Assembly (NCBI GenBank): GCA_045597745.1
Contig: JAZLKQ010000528.1
Span: forward strand, 2,208-66,207
Direction: 5' to 3'
Length of the DNA stretch: 64,000 nucleotides
DNA from: Bacteroidaceae bacterium
GTDB taxonomy: Bacteria; Bacteroidota; Bacteroidia; Bacteroidales; Bacteroidaceae
The stretch's first letter is position 1, and every line of letters starts with the position of its first letter. The notes below the pieces were generated by a model. It was not told the DNA's origin. It did not search any database and worked only from the letters and a program-made list of their open reading frames with translations. Shown here in pieces: positions 20,001-32,000 of the stretch. A program made the position numbers and the translations under genes.

Positions 20001-23000
20001 GTCTGTCTTCAGGGTAGTCCGTGCGGTCACGTGTGGTATCGGCCTCTGTCACATTCTCTGCACCGACATATATGCCGTCGTTGTCAAAGAACTCATCAGG
20101 CGCAACAGTCATGTCATTCTTGTGGCTATTGTACCAGAACAGACCCTGCTCCATGTCAGCAACCTTCTGCCTTGACTCTTCGTAGAACCTCTTTGCAAGT
20201 TCATCGCTTGCGTCTGCATCAGCATCAGCCTTCAGCGACTCCATTTCTGTACGTTCATCAGCAATCATGCGCTCCAGCTCAGCAGGGATATCCTCATGCT
20301 TGTACTCTGCGCCACCGAATGCCTCCTTGACAATTGCCGGAACATCTGGATGCTCGGTCAGGTCCATGCCGTCATAGTATGTCCTGAACGCTCCGCTAAG
20401 ACCTTTCTCAATGGCAGCTTCACTGCGCTCAATGTCATCCATGTTGGTAACATCAACAGAAGCTATCTGCTCGTTCATGGCTTCATGTGCCTTGCGCTTG
20501 CCTGCCTCTGTAATGCTCAGTCTGTCCGGTGCCAGGAACTTCTGCACCTCTGCATCAACGGCAGCCTTGCCGGAAATCGGCTTGGTGTCTCCTTCAACGC
20601 GCTGTGGCTCACGTCCGGCTTCACGGACAAGAGCGTCAACCTCATCCTTTGTCAGGATCTTGTTGACCTTCATCGCGCCAGTGATAATCCATGGGTCTGT
20701 TGCAGGGTTAGGATTGGTGCGGTACTCATAGTAACCATCCTCCGGCAGTCTCTTGAGTCCTGCAAGGGAGTGCTGGAACTTGCCGCTTGCGGTCATGCCT
20801 TCCTGCATGGCCTCCTCCTGGTAGTTCTTGTCCATAGCATACTCAACTTCTGCCCAGACAAAATCCTTCGGGAACAGCGTCTTGTTGCCATTCTCGTCCT
20901 TGCGGTTGAACTGAAGGGCATACGGAATCTTACCCAGATGCCATCCCGGTCTGTATGCCAGAGTGCCGGAACCGCCCTGCGTTCCCTTGCCGCCCTGCTT
21001 TACCTGTGGTCTGCCAGTCTTGGAGTCAGGAGCCTTCGTGCCTTCCTCTGCGTCAAGCCATACGCCTACAGGAGTATCAACACCGCCCTGGTTTGCAACC
21101 ATCGGTGGATACAGCTTGCCGTCCTTGCCTTTGTAGAACACCTTGTAGCCTACACCCGTCTTCTTCGGTGCTGGCTTCGTGCGGATAGCGGCTTCAACAT
21201 CGCCCTCAACAGGCTCTCCAAGATCAGTCTTGTTGACCAGGTCATACAGCACGCGGTCTGTCACCTGCTCAATGCTGTCAAAGCGCATGCCGAACAGCTC
21301 TGTGCCTACCCAGTTCCAGAACTTTTCCAGGGCCTGCTTCATGCGGTCGCGCAGACGGATAGCCTTTGCTTTCTCAAGTACGCCGTCAGCCTCTGCAATA
21401 GCCTTCTCAGCCTCTGCAATCATCTTCTTGGCATTCTCACTGCCGCTTATGCGTGAAAGCACCTCGCTGGCAATGGCATCATCACTATTCAGGTTCTGAT
21501 AGTTCTCATCAGCAAGCACCTCGTTCCATACGGCTGTACCCTTCAGCAGCTTCACGATGTCTGCCCAACCGGCAGGATTGCGCTTCTGCATGGCCTTTGC
21601 CCACAAGTGAGTGTACTCATGGATAGGAGTGTTCGGATTGATGCCGTCCGGTGACAGGTACACCTTGCCGTCCTTGGCATAGCCGTACACGGTACGGCCG
21701 TTCTTTGAGAACTGTGTCTTGTCAGTGATCTTGATATCCTTGTCGTTGAAGATGACGGCACATTCTTTATCATGCATGCCATTGTACCTGATGCCAACAA
21801 ATCCTGCATCATACAAATACTTGCTTGCATTTTCCTTGCTGCCTTCCTTCTCTGACAAGCGTTCATACAACTGATGGAAATTGTTTATATATCCATGGTC
21901 AACACCATAGGTAAACATATCAGCATACTTACCAAGCCTTCCGGCAATTTCCTTAAGGTAATTCCTATTGTCGTTACCCTCATCAATATAGTTGCTGCCG
22001 TTGTTGTCTGGAATATCTACATTATAGAGAATACCACCAAAATCAACTTTTGAAACCTCAGTCTTTAAATCGCCGACACCTTCCAGTGCGTCCCTTATCT
22101 CATCAATAAGAGCTATGTTGTTTGAGAATGTCTTTATAGCATGTTCATTGTTCTCCTTCTTTGCATCATTGAGCATCTTCTCGTATGACTTCCTGCTATT
22201 TTCAAGGTCAATCATTAGATACTCCTTCCGGTATAGTTCCTTGTTTCTCACGATGCCGTCAAGAAGAGATTTTGCACCATATACAGATGTGTCTGCCGTG
22301 ATCTCCTTGCCTGCAAAGTCAACCGTCAGATACTTGCCAGCCATAGTAGCGGCATACCTTCTGCTTGTGTCGCTATTGAATGCTACATAAGTACCCCAGC
22401 CGTGAACCTGATGACCTTCGCCCTCTCCCATGTGCGAGTGGTCGAATGCGTCAAAGTCTGCGGCAGAGCCATGGTAGGCAACCATGAGTTCCGTTTTCTC
22501 TTCCCGTATTGTTGGATTTGAGAAATCATTCAGTATCTTTGCAACAGATTTAAGTTCTGAACTTGCATCTTCGGGCATGAGGCGGATGAGGCTAACTCCG
22601 AAGAGCCAGTTTAGAACTTTTTCTTTTTCAACCCACCTCAATGAGTTTTTAAGTTCTCCTTCTCTAAGCGAAGACAGTCTTTCAAGCTCCCTGTTTGCAT
22701 CTTTAGGATGAATGCTTCTCACATTGTCTATCTCAGACACGTTGCCATTCTCATCAATCTTTACGGATATTGACAGCTTGCCGCCATTTGCTTCAAGCTC
22801 TGTCACAACAACAATGTTGGGTTTATTGTCACCATGCTTATACACAAGCATTGGTTCCTGTATTGCAGAGGCCAATCCCTTAAGGTCATCTGTTGAAAGA
22901 TTGTGCTTCTTGAGGTGCTTGTTCAAGACGTTAGGCGAAAGGGTAAGCTCTTCTGCATTGATGCCGCAAGCCTTAAGTTTTGCCATTGGCTTGCCAAGGT

Positions 23001-26000
23001 GTAGAAGTTCGTTCTGCGTCTTGTTCTTAAACCTGTCAAGTTCGCTGTCAAAGCGCTCGCTTGCAGACATCCTTTCAACATCGTCACTGAATGCTTCCTT
23101 CTCTGCCTCTTCCTGGCTTACAAGCATCACGTCATCGCCAAGTATGTCAAGCAGCTCATGTGTCACCCACTGCTTGGCATCTGTGTCGTTCTCAAAGGTC
23201 TCGTCACCCTGGGCAATCTGAGCCTCGGACCTCGCCCTTTCATATATAGGGTTAGGCTCCATGAGTCCATAGTCCGCAGCAGATACATAGTCACTGATAG
23301 GGAAGCCGTCAACGCGGTTCTTCAGGTTGATGACATCAAGAACCCTAACATTGAACTTTCTTGCCTCGTCAGCAATCTTTGATGCCGAGTTGGTATTGAT
23401 ATTGTTACCATAGACCACAAACATACCTGCGCCCATGCGTGTTGCCATGTCAGAAGCATCCTTTGCGATAGCGCTCTCATTACCCTCAATGGTGTCGTAT
23501 GGCAGATGTATGTTTCCGACAACACCCATGTCATTAGTGATGACAAGCGCACTGATCTTGTTTCTCAATCCCAGACGCTGTGTTGCGATGTATTCTGCGA
23601 TATCATTTGAGCCGGTGACCCTCTTGCGAACAGTTCCGTTTACGAAGCTGAGTTTATCAAAAGAATATACCTTCTGCTTCTTCTCCTTCTCAGGAGCATC
23701 AAGCATATCTGCAATATCCTTGTCGTAACCATTGAATGTTGCATACTGATTCTTGAACGAGTCAATGATGATTCCATCAGCAACCTTGTCACCAAATGCT
23801 TTATGGAAAGCTTCAAGCATATACCTGTCCTCACGCGAAGGATTAAGATTTCCGCTTGGATGGTTATGAACCATGAATATCTTGTCCGGGATGATGTCGT
23901 TGACAGCCGGAATAATCACACGCAGGTCAACTGAAGTACCAGCAAAGCCTCCTATGCCAAGATGAATGATAGTAGGCTTTCCGTTCTTGACAAGGACAGC
24001 GAAGGAATGCTCCACAGCAGAATCCTGTAAAGTCTTGAAGATATAGGCCACATCCTCGTATGTCCTAATCCTGTTGTTTGATGTGAAGCTGTAATGCTTG
24101 TTCTCGGTGTACTGAGCTTCCACCAGACAGAACTCATCACCTTCTAATTGACGTAACCCGATTTCGGTTGGTCTATTAACCTTCCGTTGTACTCTATTGG
24201 ACCCGGCCCTGTTATTAGCGGCTTCTCCTCCTCTATCCGATACGCTTTCGCTTTCTTCTTCCGATTCATGCAGCAAAGATACATATTCTGTTTCTTTTCC
24301 GTCTGCTGAAGTGTAAACTACGCCTGGCTCATTAAGCATCACTTTGCCATCCTCACCTACCTGCTCGTCTATGACGTTGAAAAGATTCTCAAATGCTCCG
24401 TCAATAGCCGGAATCTCCTCGCCTGCAGGGTATGGGGTATGTTCCCATGCTGCCATATACAAATCTGACTTGTCATAGGTAAGATAGTCTGACGTTCCGC
24501 CGTTGGCCTTGATCCTGCGATCAACGAACGACTCGAAGCAGCGTGCAAACAACTCAACCTTTGTGCTCCAATAAGAAGATGCACGGCCCTTATCGAACCA
24601 GATGCTGTCATCAACAAGACGTGTAGGGATAGTCTTGGTATTGGTCTCAGTATTTCTTCTCTTCTCAAGCGAAGCCTTTGCCTTCTGCAGCCTATCCATC
24701 TGATACCATACATTGTGCATGGTCTTGAACTTGCCGTGTTCTCCAGGCTTTACATCCTTGACAAGCTCAAGGAGCTTCTCTGCTGCTTCACCCTTTGGTG
24801 CAAAATTACCTGCGAACTTTCCGGTAGTAGTCCATTCCCACTTGTAGTCGGTGGAGTTCTTCAGCTCCTCTATCAGCCTGTCGTATTCTGCAAGCTGCTC
24901 AGGTGTAGGCTTGGTCACTACCTGCTCACGCTGCTTGGTCTTACGATTATACTTGTATCGTGTAAGTCCTCTCTCGAACTGCTCTCTGTAGTACTTGGCC
25001 TCGCGGTCAATCTGCTTCAGCATCTTCTCTACCTCAGCCTCAGCGTCACTGACTGCGCTCTCGTTCTCCACCACCTGCTCGGTCATTGCCTTGACGATGG
25101 CATCGAACGCTGACAGGATTTCCTTTCTTGCACCACCTCTGTAGCTGCGGCCATTGGTGAGATAATGATCTGTGCTGTGCTTTTCGGCCTTCCTATCCTG
25201 CTTGTTGTCCATCATACCGAAGTAGTTGTCCAGGGCATGTGCCCACTCATGGGCAAGCGAGCCCGCACCGTTCATCTTAGTCAGGTTGATGACAGCCCTC
25301 GCGTTCTCATAATGTGCAGCACCAGCACCGCGGAATCCTGCATTGCCCGTACCTCTCGCGCCAAACGCAATGCCCAGTTCTCCGTTGAGGCTTATTGCCT
25401 TCGGTGATATGCCAAGCACGGCAGCAAGGTCCATGAGGGAATCATATGCTATGTTCAGCACTGACTGACGTTCCTCTGTGCTGAGCCAGTTGCCGAACTC
25501 ACCGCCACGGAAGCCGAATGTATTCATGAACTGCTCGGTGGTGACGTTCTTGCCCTTCCTGTAGTCCGGCATGTTTGTTCTTGTTACCTCAGTCAGTCCA
25601 GGAATATCAAAGTTCTCGCGCTTATGCTCAACAAGTGACCTTGCGCCTTCAGGTGAAGCAAGATATGCTGCTGCCTCCTCCTTGGTATCGAACTCTGCAT
25701 ACTGTACCTCCTTGCCGTTGCTTGCACGTCTGTAGATAATATGCTTTCCCTTGTCGTTAGTGCCGACACGGAAGCCTACAGAATGTGCCTCGAACACAGG
25801 AAGAACAGCTTCTGCCTCTTCCATGGAGTTAAACACAACAAGGTTACGCTCGGAGTCAACTACAGGATGGTTTATGACACGCTTGAACATGCCCTTACCC
25901 TTCTCTTCCTCCCAGAAGGCTACAAACGGCTTTGTCTCATCATACAAAGGCTTACCCAGAGTGATAACCTCAGACTCCTTTAGAACCATTATCATGTCAG

Positions 26001-29000
26001 CAGCAGGAATCTTGAATCCCTTCTGCTTCTCAAATTCCGCGATAAGATCCTGCTTATCCTGGGTGTAATTCCTGAACTGGTATTTCTTTCTCCATGCAGG
26101 AACATCACTCTTCTTGCCAGTCCTCTTGCGTGTAATAACCTCATCCTTTCTTGCACCGCCAATCTTTTCACCGAAATCTTCCGGACGTTCAGTGATTGGT
26201 TCCTCAATGTTTACCGATGCAAGTTGTGCCTTGACTTTCACAGCGTTTGCCTTCACAGCATTTTCGGTCGGATTTTCTGCCAACTCTTCGGTCTTTGACT
26301 CAACCTCGGTTGCAGGTCCGTCCGTACCGGTAGGCGGTGTTGTGTTGTCATGCTCATCAATAATCTTTTTGATGACCGGAATGAGTTCGGCATATCTCTT
26401 GCTGAGGAGTTCGCTTGATGTGAACTCTTCATAGCGCTTCTTAAGAGAATCAAGCATGTACTGCTCACTCTCGTTGCCGTTATAGTAGTAACCGCCCTTG
26501 GTAAGGAAGAATACGGAACGCAGATCATTCACGTTGAGTTCCGGAATGGTCACGTCCTTATTGTTCTTCAGCTCATTCTTTCCTCTTTCGTATTCGGAAA
26601 CCTGGAAATCGTGAATCTCCTGCAACGCCTGCTGACTGTATGGGTCAAGCATGCTGTCAATCTTATGCTGCAGGCTGACACGCTCATTAATCAGCTCCTC
26701 CCTGTTGGCTTCTGCAAAGATGTCGTTACCTACATTCTTGAGTTCCTTACCAATTGCCTCAATGCGGTCACGCATCTCATCAATCTGTGCGTACTGCTTT
26801 GCTGTCAGCCCTGCCTCATAGACAAATTCCTGCTTTTCCAGCTTCCACTCCGGCATGGTAGTCACATTGCCGTATGTGTTGGTGCCATCAGCACTAAGGT
26901 CATAGTAGAACTTGCCCAAACCGTTAGGAAGGATTCGGATAACCGTCATTTCCTTGCCGTCAACCATGAACCTGTCACCATATCCAAACTTGGCATTGCT
27001 CATGTCCTGTGACTTGATTTCGTTCACTACCTTGTTCCAGATTTGGCGCATCTCAGCGTCACTGCCTGGGCCAGGAACATCCCTTCCTCCGTGAGTGTCC
27101 ATAGGCTCCCAGCCTTCCTCTACAATGTGAGGATTGTGGGTAAGAAGGTTGCGCACACGATTTTCGTATGCCTTTGCACCGCGTGCATCGTTTTCCTTTG
27201 ATGCAGGCTGCTCTGCTTTGTTCTCTCCGGCAATTATGCCAGCCTCCACAAGAACGTCATTCTTGCGCTCCTTGCTGTGTTCGTAGGTTTCTACGCCATC
27301 AACCCATGATGCGTTAGTGTATTCGGAAACGCTGATACGTCCACCTTCAAGCTTCCTGGCTACCACAAGAACATCTGCATCCTTAAGGTAATAGGCAAAC
27401 GTGCCGTCAGTGCGCTTCTCCATGCCGATGAACCTGTCAAGGACTGGCATGAGCTTTGCACAGGCCTTTGTAGTAGGCTCCATTTCGCTGTAGCGGGAAT
27501 ATTCCGTATCATCACCGACAGTCCTTGCAAGTCTTGGGCCGTATGCTGCTCTTGACTTGGAATCGGTTGCAGGGTTGACACCAGCATGTGCATCAATGAC
27601 AAACTTCTTTATTTCCTCCTCAACAGCCTTGCTGAACTTGTAAGGAACAGCCTGCTCAATAGCCTTCTGCTGTGCAGCATCAGCCTCGGCATGGCTGACC
27701 CCGCTGAGCTCCTGAGCCTTCTTCCTCTTTGCTTCATACTCTGCCTGCCTCTGGGCATATCTGTCTGCGGCATCCTCAAATGCTTTCTTTGCTGTCTCGA
27801 TCTGCTCCTTGTACTGCGGGTAGAGTGACAGCAGACGTTCGTATGTCTTGGCAATAGCGGCCTTGCCGTCCTGCTTGTTACCCTCATAGTTCATGGCATG
27901 GCGGTCTGCTGCACCCTTCAGGTCTCTGTCAATAAACTGATATGAGAACTTGCCAGTGATGGAATAGTACACAGCATCAGCAAAAGCTGTGTCACCGCCC
28001 TCAAAGTCACGGATATTGATTCCGTACTTCTTGTCTGCGATGATGTCATCATTGCTGTCAAGACCGTATTCCTCGCGCTTTGCCGCCAGTTTCTTTGCGT
28101 CAAGCATCTTGTATGTCTTATACATACGGAAAGCGGTGTCATTGGCAACAGGGCCGTTGTATGCGAGCGCAAAACCGTTAATACACACCTTTGTGGCAAG
28201 GTTGTCCATGATTGGCAGACCCTCTTCCGTGAATCCTGTCACCTTATAGAGGCCGCTACCATCTGAATGTGTATAGTAACCTCCAACCTTGAAGCGCTTC
28301 TCTCCTGGAACGGAACCAGCAGGCTTCTGCTCCTTTGCTTCGGCCTTCGGTGCATCTGCATTCCCCTTCTTTGTCTCGGCCTTAGTTTCCTTCTTGCCAA
28401 GTGAATCCAGCTGCTTCTGCAGTTTCTCGCGCTCCTTCTCAAGTTCTGCGCGTTCATCGGCAGCGAAGATGTCATCAGCAGGGATTCTCGCAATCTTCTC
28501 GTTGATGAGAGCAATCCTTGCCTTGATGCCAGCGCCCTTGCTTTCCTTGCGGCTCATTGTGCTTGTGCTTACACCAAGGGCATTTGTCTTTGGCTCAGGA
28601 CGCTTCTCTTCGGCCTTGAACGCAACATCGGCAGGCATGCTGTATGTTGCATCCGGCTTTGTGTTCTTTTCCACATCAAAGTTGTCTGAATATACAGACT
28701 CACCCGACACCCTATGTACAGGTACCGAACCGCCGCCTGTACCATGCTCCCGGTAGAACGTGAACTCATCGTACTGAGGACTGTAGCCTTCGTATTTTAT
28801 TGTCACCGCGTTCTTGCCCTTGCCAATCGTGGCTGTGCCATACATATCGTTGGCTACCATTGCACGCATAACCTCACCTTCCTTGCCCTCCGGGAACTTG
28901 TAGTTCTTGAGATCCTTCGGAAGGAATGGTATCGGCTTGAATACGTCTGTCATGAAGTTGAAGTAATCCTTAATGGATGTCACCACAAGACGGTCACCGT

Positions 29001-32000
29001 ACAGCGCAAGCGAAGTGTTTGGGAACCTTTCTTTATGTGCCAGCGCACGTCTGCCAATCTCCTTTGTCCAGTCTGCGCCCTTCTCGTCAGGAAGGAATGT
29101 AGTAAATATGGTGTCTATGTATGCTATCGGCTTTCCGTCAACATCATGTGTTCTCGGCCATTCGTAGTTTCTTCTGGCAGATGTCACGGACTTGTCGATA
29201 TGCACCTCATTACCGGAAGACACGGTTACACCTTCAAGGTCTTCTGCCTCATCAAGGAACGCATCAATAGCCTTGTCTCGTTCCTCCTTGGTGCTTGTCC
29301 AGACGGCATCACCTGTAGGGAACACGGCAAGACCGAACTTGTCGGCTCTGGCTTTCTCCTTTGCTTCAAGCTCAATCTGCTTCTGTGTCTTGTATGCGAT
29401 GCTCTTTTCCAGGCAGTCAACAGCAAAGTCGTACACATGTTCAATGAGTTCCTTGTACTGCGGATATTTCTTCAGCGCAAGCGGCTTCTTTTGTCTTGTC
29501 TTTTCAAGTGCGCGTGTATCACTTTCAATGTCATCAATGTTGCGGAGCCTGCTGCCTTGATAGCATTCTGTTTTTTGAAGCAGTGACTCGATTGCATCTG
29601 TTGCGTATCTGTGCCCCTCCAGTGCAAAATGTACGATACGGTCTGCAAGACTGTTGGCATTCTTGTAAATAAAGAAGTCACCCAGCGCTGCCTTCTGCTT
29701 GTCAGACATCTTGTCTTGCTCATCCTTGTATGAATCAAAGTTCCAAGCCTTTGCAAGCCTTGCAGCCTCTTTCTTAATGCGCTCACGGAAATGCTCCCAT
29801 GTTTCTTCGTCTTCCTGCTCCTCTATACGCTGCTGTGCAAGCATGGTCTGTGCTATGGCAGCACCAGCCTCTGCATGTGCTTCCTGCTCCTTCTTGAGAT
29901 TCTGTGCTGTGGCAATGGCATCCGGCTTCTCTTTGTCGAAGTTGGTAACGTCAAACGCCAGGACGTCATTGTATGAGTCCATTTCTCCCACCATGCCAGA
30001 AGCTTCCGGAAGGTCGCGCACTGCATTGTAGAATGATTTGAGGTATGGACGCACCTCATCACCAAGGTCAGCAATCATGCTTGACGCGTAGTTCACGAAC
30101 TTTCGTGCGCCACGCTCAAGATGATAGACAGCCATTTCGGTACCGATGGCAAGAATCTCTGGATCTATGCCCATGTTCATCTGACCCGTGAGTTTCTTCT
30201 TCATGCGGGCCTTCAACTGCGCATACCTCTCATCAGTAACCAGTCTGTTGCCGGAAGGATTGTGGTTCACATCGCTGTGCTCGTTGACTACAGGAGAAAT
30301 CTGCTCTTCGGTTGCAAATGCTATCTCTTTGCCGGACTTAAGCCTGTAACCATTGTTGTCTGTTCCAGCAGGAATGTAATGGCCGACAATGGTGTATTCC
30401 TTGCCATTGAACATGACATTGGAACCCTGCGGATACTTGAATGACTCCCAGCGACTCTTTTGTGGCTCAGTTACACCTTCCTCGCTCTCGGTGTTTTCCA
30501 CAGCCTGGGCAGGAGTGTTGGCGCTTTCATCTGCCTTCTGCTCCTGCTCGCCAGTCTGTGTGTTGGTATTAGATTGTATGAGTTCTGCGAATGGTACATA
30601 GCCATCAGGCAAGTAAGACTGTCTGTCAGCCTTGCTTACTCCACAGCGAGAAAGAAGAATCTCAACCCATTCCTCGCGTTCTTCTGCGGCCTTTCTGATG
30701 TTATTTAATGATGCCTGTCTTCTGCGCTCGTTAGCTGCACCTATTGTCGTGATAGTGCTTTCCAGATCTTCGTACTTGCCGCCAGCCTCAACCTTGGTGT
30801 TGTTCTTTTTATAGACGCGGCTTGCCCAGTCCTTGTACTCCTTTGCATAGCCAGGAATGTCTGCAAGAATCTTCGCAATAGCCTCACGCACATTGCTTGA
30901 TGTCGCAAGGGCCGTTGCATACTCATTCCTGCCGTGCTTGGCTTCCTGTGCAAAACTGGCCTTCTCCTCATCAAACTTGCGCTGAACCTCATCAGTTGCA
31001 TTGCCATTAGAATCAACAAGCACGTTTCGCGGACGAAGATCCTTAACTATTAGACTTGCGAATCCATGACGCTGACGCGGTGCTGGCTTGGAACCTTCAA
31101 ACTCTGCGTCAACAACATGAATATTGCCATTAGAATCAACAAGCACGTTTCGCGGACGAAGATCCTTAACTATTAGACTTCCGTTTGCATATTCCCCTTT
31201 GCCAACCCTTGAGAAGCCAAGTTGACGCATATAATCGTCTATCTGCTCCTCTGTGCATAATTTTGCATTATTAACAAATCGCTGGCGATATACGACATAA
31301 GCAGTTCCTTCCCCAAAACTTGCAATTCCAACAAGCTCGTATGCAGATTCTGGGAATAAACTATTGAATAGGGCTACTCTTTGCAGCAAATTTGCTATGC
31401 TGCCTCCCGTATGTGACAGATTGTTTACTTTGTAGATATACCCATCTTCCGATAGGTAATTATCATTCTCATCACCAGACTCAAATGGTGTACCGAAATT
31501 GGCTGTGGAAAGTTCGTGCCAAACACCTCTTTCCTTTGCCCATTTGATTGCGGCCGCAGCCTGTTCCTGACCGCTCTTGCCTTTTACTTCTCTTTCAAGG
31601 CTGAGTGCATCTTCCTGTGACGCTCCACTTCCTCCTGGACGTTCACTGGACCTTGATTCCTCAGATACTCCATTGCCTTCTGTGAGTTCTGACGGTGATA
31701 TTCGTTGAGATACTGTGTCATCGTTTTGATTTTCTTCTGCAAAGTTATCATTATTATTTTTTCCAGCAACTTCTGCTGACTGAGTTTTGCCCTTTCTTAC
31801 AAGAGTGATATTTTTTGGGATGTTCTCGCTCCAGGTTGTGCCGTCTTCCTCAAAGTACACATTGATTGCAGGCTGTCCGTTGAAAACAGTCTCCTTGATT
31901 TTCGTGATAGTCTTTTCGCCCTTATAGCCACGGACGTTGATAACATCACCAACTGCAAGCTCGTTGCCATCCTTATCTTTTGCAACATTCTCTTGTTTAT

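Noticed and set aside
20296-21456. Long antisense or off-frame ORFs: 20296-21456(+), 28714-29586(+), 42490-43299(+), 45161-46288(-), 48326-49036(-), 53932-54507(-), 6107-6781(-), 6741-7550(-), 7354-8280(+)
   Set aside because: Each lies entirely inside or opposite an ORF with recognisable protein motifs (giant ORF, nuclease-like protein, RecT, TerL and others). Their translations are Cys/Arg/Ser/Leu-rich low-complexity sequence typical of shadow frames.
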